A stretch of DNA of 64,000 nt from Candidatus Hodarchaeum mangrovi (GTDB taxonomy: Archaea; Asgardarchaeota; Heimdallarchaeia; Hodarchaeales; Hodarchaeaceae). The translations under genes and the position numbers were made by a program. The notes beneath the pieces were generated by a model. That model had not been told where the DNA came from. It saw nothing but the letters and a program-made list of their open reading frames with translations, and did not search any database. Location of the stretch: positions 2,004 through 66,003 of the forward strand of contig JAEOUE010000108.1 of assembly GCA_016839515.1 (NCBI GenBank). The letters are read 5' to 3'. Shown here in pieces: positions 58,072 through 64,000 of the stretch (positions are counted from its first letter, which is position 1; each line of letters starts with the position of its first letter).

Positions 58072-58326
58072 TCTATGATTTTTCCTTTTAATAATTGATT
58101 CTACAGTAAATAATTAAAGTTTTAACCTTGAAATATTTTGATAAAATAAAAAGTATTAGGTGAATTTTCTAAAGCAAAAAATATAATTTCTTGATAGCCA
58201 AGCTATTCTTCAATAACAAATTTGAATATAGGAGGATGGAGGAGTTGATGTTTTAGATTAAGTACTTGGAGAATAATTATCTATATTATCTAAAGAACTT
58301 TAGATTATTTTTTTGGTGAAAGTAAT

Positions 58327-59391
58327 ATGGTAGTGACTGAAGATTTAAAAGGACGCGACTTCCTTACAATGATTGAATTTACCCGAGAAGAAATTGAGAC
58401 GATGTTAAGTGTCGGGATAGACTTAAAACGTCGTTTTGTGACCCATGAAGACCATAGACACATTCTTCCAGGAAGAACCTTGTTTATGGTTTTTTATAAT
58501 GATAGTTTAAGGACAAGAAACTCTTTTGAAGCAGGAATGACACAACTAGGTGGACATGCTCATTTCTTAGAACCTGGTGCAATTTATACTCCAGCATTAA
58601 AAGGCGATGAAGTAGCTTATTCTACTGAACGTGTATCAGATGTAGCTCGAGTTTTATCTAGAATGGGTGATGCAATATCAATTCGTATTTATGGAGGTAA
58701 ATGTGGATGGATCTATGGAAAAGGACATAAAATCATCCGAAACTTTGCTCATTGGTCTGAAAAACCAGTAATAAACATGGAAGACGATATTTATCATCCA
58801 TGTCAAGGAATGGCTGATGTAATGACAATATATGAAAAATGTAGCCATGATTTTAATAAATTACAGGGGAAAAAATTCGTTATGAGCTGGGCATATTCCG
58901 CAGGTCAAAAACCAATGGCTGTACCTCAAACTGGTGTATTAGCTCCGTCAATGTTCGGTATGGATGTAACTTTGGCTTGTCCACAGGAAATGGATTTACA
59001 TCCTGATATAATTAAAAAAGTTGAGGAACATTGTGATTTATTTGGTGGATCATTTACAATAGAGCGAGATATGAAGACTGCATTTGAAGGAGCTGATTTT
59101 GTATATCCCAAAAGTTGGGGAATTCTCGATGCGCATGGCATAGAAGGAGTTAGGCCAGCTAAACCAGAAATTATGCCTGAAATCATGAACAAATATAAAA
59201 ATTGGAAGACAACTGTTGAATTAATGGATGTTACCAATAAAGGACGAGGATATTATATGCATTGTCTTCCCCAAGATCGAGCAATGGAAGTGGATGATGA
59301 AGTTGCAGATGGTAAATGGTCTATTATTTTTGATCAAGCAGAAAATCGCCTTCATGCTCAAAAGGGAATTATGGCTTCAATAATGCATTAA
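58327..59391 (+). CDS. ygeW: YgeW-like (knotted) carbamoyltransferase of the ATCase/OTCase family
   Basis: NDSLRTRNSFEAG, IYHPCQGMAD, YMHCLPQDR, and a long block LQGKKFVMSWAYSAGQKPMAVPQ...GMDVTLACPQEMDLHPDIIKKVEEHCDLFGGSFTIERDMKTAFEGADFVYPKSWG closely parallel to E. coli YgeW as I remember it. Confidence 0.75.
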   Translation: MVVTEDLKGRDFLTMIEFTREEIETMLSVGIDLKRRFVTHEDHRHILPGRTLFMVFYNDSLRTRNSFEAGMTQLGGHAHFLEPGAIYTPALKGDEVAYSTERVSDVARVLSRMGDAISIRIYGGKCGWIYGKGHKIIRNFAHWSEKPVINMEDDIYHPCQGMADVMTIYEKCSHDFNKLQGKKFVMSWAYSAGQKPMAVPQTGVLAPSMFGMDVTLACPQEMDLHPDIIKKVEEHCDLFGGSFTIERDMKTAFEGADFVYPKSWGILDAHGIEGVRPAKPEIMPEIMNKYKNWKTTVELMDVTNKGRGYYMHCLPQDRAMEVDDEVADGKWSIIFDQAENRLHAQKGIMASIMH

Positions 59392-59521
59392 TCCCCTATT
59401 TTTTCATTTTTTAAAAGTTATTCTATGTTTAAAATACTACTTAAGGTAGGATTGGCAATTATATGACCAATGTTTGAACCAGTTCAGGTAAGCTATTAAC
59501 TTGAATATATCTATTTCTTGT

Positions 59522-61267
59522 TTACAGGAATCCTCCCAGAGTGAATGTATCTGCAATAATCCAAGCTATGATCAAAGCATTAAAAAGGGCTCCTGTTCCT
59601 ATTGAACGTGTTAATCGATAAAACCAGTCAGTAAAAATTGCTGAAATTGAGATTAAAGGAATAATACCCCATAGAAACTCTAGGATAAGTCCCAAAAAGC
59701 CTGGAATGATCTTTTGGTTGAATAAAAATAATGGAACGTATAATACAAAGATGATCACTCCAAAAGGAGCTAGTTTTACACCTGTAATCTTGAAGAATTG
59801 TGAAAGTGTTGATTTTACATCTTTTTCCGTTCTATTATCATAATATTCATAAAAAAACAAACCATCTGCAAAAAAATTAATGAATAAGAAAGGTATATAG
59901 ACAAAAAAGATGAATAGACGGGGAATAGGGAATAAATCCCCAAATAATGGTGTTAAAATTTGGAAATTTAGGTTAAAAATAACTTTTAATGAAAAGCTAA
60001 TAAAATAGATGAAAATGATTAAGAGGATAACAATAATTATTTCCTGCTTATTTAGGGAGGTTTGAAGTCTTTTTTTAATATCTGGGGTAATTTCTGTGAA
60101 TTTAGGAATAAAAAATTTAATCAATAACAATCCTAAAATCCCCCATATGAATAACCACCAAATGATCGAAGTTCCAAATAATAAAGGAGGGAAAGGAATG
60201 AAAGTACCAGCTATCATCATAGGAAGAAATAAAATAGCCCCAAGGCAACTCCAGAGGAGCAGTATCTTCCAATTTTCATGATATGATATAGAAAATAATT
60301 CTTGCATCTTTTTCTTACGAACATCTAAAAGATCGTATAAAACTGCAGAAAAACAACAAATAAAACCAATAAAGGTAAAAAAACTGCCGACAAGGATAAG
60401 ATCTCTTAAATTAAAGAGATAATCTGAAGGAGATAGCTGCAATTGGCTTGATGGATTAAGCGTTGATTCCATCCATTGGACTATTTCAGAAACAATAAAA
60501 GGATCAAATGCTTCTGCAAGATGTATAGTAGATGTTAAGACAAATTTACGGGCGGTATTTGTAGAAAAGCTTCCATACTGAATATTAGGCTCAACCACAT
60601 CAGTTGTGTTAAAAATTGGCCTTAAATCCTCTTTTAATAAAGGTATATCAAATAGAATATCCTGATTACCAACTGCAATTAATAGATTTTTTGGAAATGT
60701 CGCATTAAATACCCCATAAGCTGCTTCCTCAACCATTTCCCCTACTCCTCCTCCGATTAATACTGTTGCAGTGATATTACCATGTGCTATACTTGTAGCT
60801 CGTACAGCTCCTGCTCCGAGGCTGTGACCAATAAGACCTATGGAAGACTTATTCACATAAGAAAGTGATTCAATATATCTTACTGCTGATAAAATTCCTA
60901 ATGTAGGATCGCTAGTAAACCCGAAAGTTCCACCCGAATTACCATGACCTATTTCATCAACAGCTAAAGAGACAATCCCTCTCCGACTGAGTTCTAAGGC
61001 AATTCCACTCATATATTCCTTGGAGCTCCCAATTCCATGTGTAAGAATAACAGCGGGATAAGGAGTCATAGACGAGACACTTTTAGGTTTATATAACAAT
61101 CCACTAAGCTGTACTTCTGCATGCGATATTGAAACGGGACTTATATTCAATGTTCCAAAATTGGAATTTAATAATGCAGCACTAATAATACCTATCATCC
61201 CAAGAAGAGCAAAGACTCCTAGAAAAAGCAATGATGTTCGTTTAAAGGACATTAAGAAGACTTCCAT
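59522..61267 (-). CDS. Alpha/beta-hydrolase domain fused to a C-terminal polytopic membrane domain
   Basis: N-terminal TM, nucleophile elbow LIGHSLGAG, then about 8 hydrophobic spans in the C-terminal 300 aa. Confidence 0.6.
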   Translation of the reverse strand: MEVFLMSFKRTSLLFLGVFALLGMIGIISAALLNSNFGTLNISPVSISHAEVQLSGLLYKPKSVSSMTPYPAVILTHGIGSSKEYMSGIALELSRRGIVSLAVDEIGHGNSGGTFGFTSDPTLGILSAVRYIESLSYVNKSSIGLIGHSLGAGAVRATSIAHGNITATVLIGGGVGEMVEEAAYGVFNATFPKNLLIAVGNQDILFDIPLLKEDLRPIFNTTDVVEPNIQYGSFSTNTARKFVLTSTIHLAEAFDPFIVSEIVQWMESTLNPSSQLQLSPSDYLFNLRDLILVGSFFTFIGFICCFSAVLYDLLDVRKKKMQELFSISYHENWKILLLWSCLGAILFLPMMIAGTFIPFPPLLFGTSIIWWLFIWGILGLLLIKFFIPKFTEITPDIKKRLQTSLNKQEIIIVILLIIFIYFISFSLKVIFNLNFQILTPLFGDLFPIPRLFIFFVYIPFLFINFFADGLFFYEYYDNRTEKDVKSTLSQFFKITGVKLAPFGVIIFVLYVPLFLFNQKIIPGFLGLILEFLWGIIPLISISAIFTDWFYRLTRSIGTGALFNALIIAWIIADTFTLGGFL

Positions 61268-61383
61268 TTAATAAAACGGATTAAATTTTAATTAAAAACA
61301 CTATTAAATAATACTCTTGTTCTTATTTTGGAAAACTTTATTGATTTAAATAATAAATTAAATAATAGCTCAAGAGCTACCCG

Positions 61384-63513
61384 TTAGTTATCTATACCCA
61401 AAATATCAAGAAAAAAGGCATAATAAAGCGTAATTTCTTTAAGATAATCATATCTTCCTGATTTTCCTGCGTGACCAGCCCCCATATTCGTTTTTAAGAG
61501 GAGGAGATTATTATCTGTTTTAAGAATCCTTAATTTTGCAACCCACTTAGCTGGTTCCCAATATTGGACACGAGGATCATTTAATCCAGCAGTGACTAGA
61601 AGATGGGGATAAACTTTAGGTTCAACATTGTCATAAGGACTATAGGATAACATAAAATCGAAATATTCTTTATCATTAGGATTTCCCCATTCTAAATATT
61701 CTAGTACTGTTAATGGTATTGTTTCATCAAACATAGTTGTTACTACATCTACAAATGGTACTGTTACAACTGCTCCTTTGAATAATTCTGGTCGCATGTT
61801 GATCACTACTCCCAAGAGAAGACCACCTGCACTACCCCCCATAATAATCAACTTTTCTTTTGAGGTCCATCCTTCATTTATTAAATATTCTGCACAGGCA
61901 ATAAAGTCAGTAAAAGTATTCTTTTTGGCTAAAAGCTTTCCATTTTCGTACCAAGGTCTTCCTTGGCTACTTCCTCCTCTGATATGGGCGATTGCATAGA
62001 TTATACCTCTATTCAGTAGGCTTATTCGTGTACTTAAAAATTGTGGATCGATAGTATATCCATATGATCCATATCCATAAAGAAGTAATGGTTGATCACT
62101 TTTTGGTACAATCCCTTTGTGATGAACCAAAGAAATGAATATTTCTGATCCATCTTCTGCAGTGGAGATAAGACGTTTAGTTCTGTACTCTTCTGGTTTG
62201 TATCCAAGTACTTCTTCTTGCTTAAGCATGTGTAGACTCTTTGTTAAAATGTCATATTCATACCTTATGGTTGGATTAGTTAATGATGTATAATTAAACT
62301 GAATAAGTGGACTGCTATATACAGGATTTACTAATGATTCTTGAAGATGAATGGGTTTCCAAGTGGTATATATCTCATCGGGGAAATCAATGTAATAATC
62401 AAAATTATTTGCTAGGACTCTAATTTTTTTAATACCATCTATACGTTCATATAAGACTAGTCCAGCCTGTTTAGGTACTATATCTATTAGATAAACTTCT
62501 TTACGGTGTGGGATTATTTCTTCCCAATTATTAATACTAGGAGTATCAATGTCTGTTTGCATTAGCTTGAAATTTTCAGCATTATCTACGTTGGTTAAAA
62601 TTAAAAATTTTCCAGCCTGATGTTCTAGATAGTATTCTAATTCATTTTCCTCATCTCGTGGATGAATCATGGTAAATTTTTGGTTTCTTCCTTCTGTAAG
62701 AGGTAAAAAATGAATTTCAGATGTATTTTTGCTACTAAGAGTAAGAAATAGGTATTGATAATCATTTGAAACATTCAATTTGAGATAATATTGTTCATCT
62801 TTTTCTTGATATAACAGTTCATCTATTGATGGATCCGTCCCCAATACATGTTTATATACCTTATCTGGTTGTTTTTGAGGATTAAGAGTTGTATAATAGA
62901 CAGTTTTATTGTCTCCTCCCCATGCAAAGGTATAAGAAGTGTTTTGAATTGTTTCAGGAAATAATTCTCCTGTTATAAGATCTTTAAAATAGATTACAAA
63001 CTCTTCTGCTCCAGAAGTATCGACAGAATATGCCAGGAAATTATCATTAGGGCTTACTTTAAAAAACCCTAATTTATAATACTCTAAGCCTTCTGCTTCC
63101 TTGTTTTCATCTAAAAGTAATTCTTCATGAGTAGCGCTTGATGAATCATTGGAAGTATTTCTATAATAAGCTCGATACTGTTTTCCTTTAAATGTTTTCC
63201 AATAGTAGTAGTAATTTCCATGTTTTTCTTTAGTACTAACATCATCCTCTTTTATCCTACCTTTCATCTCTTTAAAGAGTTTTTTTTGAAGTAATTTGGT
63301 ATGATCCATCATTTTATGTGTATAAACATTCTCAGCTTTAAGATATTCAATGACTTCTGCATTTTCTTTTTCTCGTAACCAATAATAGTTATCTACTCGT
63401 TCTGTACCATGATTAATCATTTTTTGTGGTTTAATTGTTGCTTTAGGCGGTAAGATTTTCTTTTCGTTTAGGTTCATAGATAGGATCCTCTGTTTAATGC
63501 TAAATCTGATCAA
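61384..63513 (-). CDS. ptrB: Oligopeptidase B / prolyl-oligopeptidase family (S9A) serine protease
   Basis: DNYYWLREKEN N-terminus, beta-propeller region, GGSAGGLL nucleophile, DPRV, GAGHAG His region. Likely start ATG 63477 after GAGGA. Confidence 0.85.
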   Translation of the reverse strand: MIRFSIKQRILSMNLNEKKILPPKATIKPQKMINHGTERVDNYYWLREKENAEVIEYLKAENVYTHKMMDHTKLLQKKLFKEMKGRIKEDDVSTKEKHGNYYYYWKTFKGKQYRAYYRNTSNDSSSATHEELLLDENKEAEGLEYYKLGFFKVSPNDNFLAYSVDTSGAEEFVIYFKDLITGELFPETIQNTSYTFAWGGDNKTVYYTTLNPQKQPDKVYKHVLGTDPSIDELLYQEKDEQYYLKLNVSNDYQYLFLTLSSKNTSEIHFLPLTEGRNQKFTMIHPRDEENELEYYLEHQAGKFLILTNVDNAENFKLMQTDIDTPSINNWEEIIPHRKEVYLIDIVPKQAGLVLYERIDGIKKIRVLANNFDYYIDFPDEIYTTWKPIHLQESLVNPVYSSPLIQFNYTSLTNPTIRYEYDILTKSLHMLKQEEVLGYKPEEYRTKRLISTAEDGSEIFISLVHHKGIVPKSDQPLLLYGYGSYGYTIDPQFLSTRISLLNRGIIYAIAHIRGGSSQGRPWYENGKLLAKKNTFTDFIACAEYLINEGWTSKEKLIIMGGSAGGLLLGVVINMRPELFKGAVVTVPFVDVVTTMFDETIPLTVLEYLEWGNPNDKEYFDFMLSYSPYDNVEPKVYPHLLVTAGLNDPRVQYWEPAKWVAKLRILKTDNNLLLLKTNMGAGHAGKSGRYDYLKEITLYYAFFLDILGIDN

Positions 63514-63821
63514 AATAATCTTTATGTATTATGTCAATAAACCTCTTGATGCTGACACTTTCAGAGACATGATGAATATTGATGAATTTTTCTTACAAAA
63601 TCTAATAAATCGTATAAAAAAAATAGATTGGACATCAGAAGGTAACATGGATACTCTCAAAAGAGAATAAGGATATTGGTATATTTTAACGAAGAATTAA
63701 AAGAGAAAGAACATGTAAATATTTTTCAAACTAATAAATTGTTAATTATTATCTATCAGATTGAAATTTCTTAACATTTTATTAATAAACAAGTAGAAGT
63801 CAAATCGATTAGATTAAATTT

Positions 63822-64000
63822 TTACTTTTTCCTGAATATTTTATTAAAGGAACCATAGAATATTACTGTCAAAATAACTATTAAGAATTCAAATCCAGAA
63901 GTATCATCAGAACTCGATATGTATGCCTCTCTAAAATTAATTCCTTCTTCATACAATACTTTAAAAATAGGCGATATGGGGTCATCTTCATAGAAGTTAT
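63822..64000 (-). CDS. C-terminal end of a protein with terminal TM anchor (gene starts beyond window end)
   Basis: Own translation ...NFYEDDPISPIFKVLYEEGINFREAYISSSDDTSGFEFLIVILTVIFYGSFNKIFRKK-TAA. Confidence 0.4.
   Translation of the reverse strand, partial: NFYEDDPISPIFKVLYEEGINFREAYISSSDDTSGFEFLIVILTVIFYGSFNKIFRKK

Noticed and set aside
58231-58256. Mini-ORF ATG GAG GAG TTG ATG TTT TAG after GGAGG, in the leader of the YgeW-like gene, as a regulatory leader peptide
   Set aside because: It is only 6 codons, and the ATGGAGGAG may simply be tandem SD-like sequence. No attenuator-like alternative structures are visible. Noted only because the EAP30-like leader begins with the same ATGGAGGA.
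63569-63670. 33-aa plus-strand ORF (MMNIDEFFLQNLINRIKKIDWTSEGNMDTLKRE) upstream of the oligopeptidase B gene
   Set aside because: It is short, has no convincing SD box and shows no motif. It cannot be supported from sequence alone.

Overview
AT-rich (by eye roughly 30-35% GC), gene-dense archaeal chromosomal segment with about 60 protein-coding genes. I could not recognise any rRNA, tRNA, CRISPR array, IS element or integrase. Archaeal identity rests on an HMf-type histone, two tandem thermosome genes, a proteasome beta/alpha pair, RpoK (Rpo6), ribosomal proteins S17e and S25e, an archaeal-type LeuRS, DGGGP synthase and a geranylgeranyl-reductase-family gene. Most genes have a GGAGG/GGTGA box 5-9 nt before the start, and TTG/GTG starts are common. 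The largest unit is an 11-gene nuoABCDHIJKLMN operon (4.4-15.3 kb) with no nuoEFG input module. Other content: lipid/envelope genes (uppP, DGGGP synthase, flippase-like protein, GlpD next to an alkyl-DHAP-synthase-like flavoenzyme), housekeeping genes (leuS, an SHMT-family gene, TatD, Hsp20, peroxiredoxin), peptidases (M24, oligopeptidase B) and a more accessory-looking right-hand part (secreted PLD+lamin-tail-domain protein, SsnA-like and YgeW-like enzymes, a 1077-aa GNAT fusion, a DUF4332 protein). Most unusual observations: (1) two conserved membrane proteins, NuoL and a DUF554 protein, are each interrupted by one in-frame TAA in the same TT-TAA-A context, with coding signal continuing across the stop; (2) a two-gene unit beside rpoK whose first product looks like an EAP30/Vps22 (ESCRT-II) tandem winged-helix protein, a eukaryote-signature family hinting at an Asgard-type host, and whose real 5' end has no canonical start codon but an ATG-GAG-GAA-TAA mini-ORF; (3) a translationally coupled KaiC-like ATPase / zinc-ribbon / CxxCxxCC operon; (4) a nucleotidyltransferase with a GatB/YqeY-like (tRNA-binding type) N-domain; (5) three copies of ATTGWCCAAT in a long non-coding stretch upstream of the histone gene, next to an 81-codon open frame with no canonical start. 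All functional calls come from motif recognition by eye and remembered family signatures; no database search was run.
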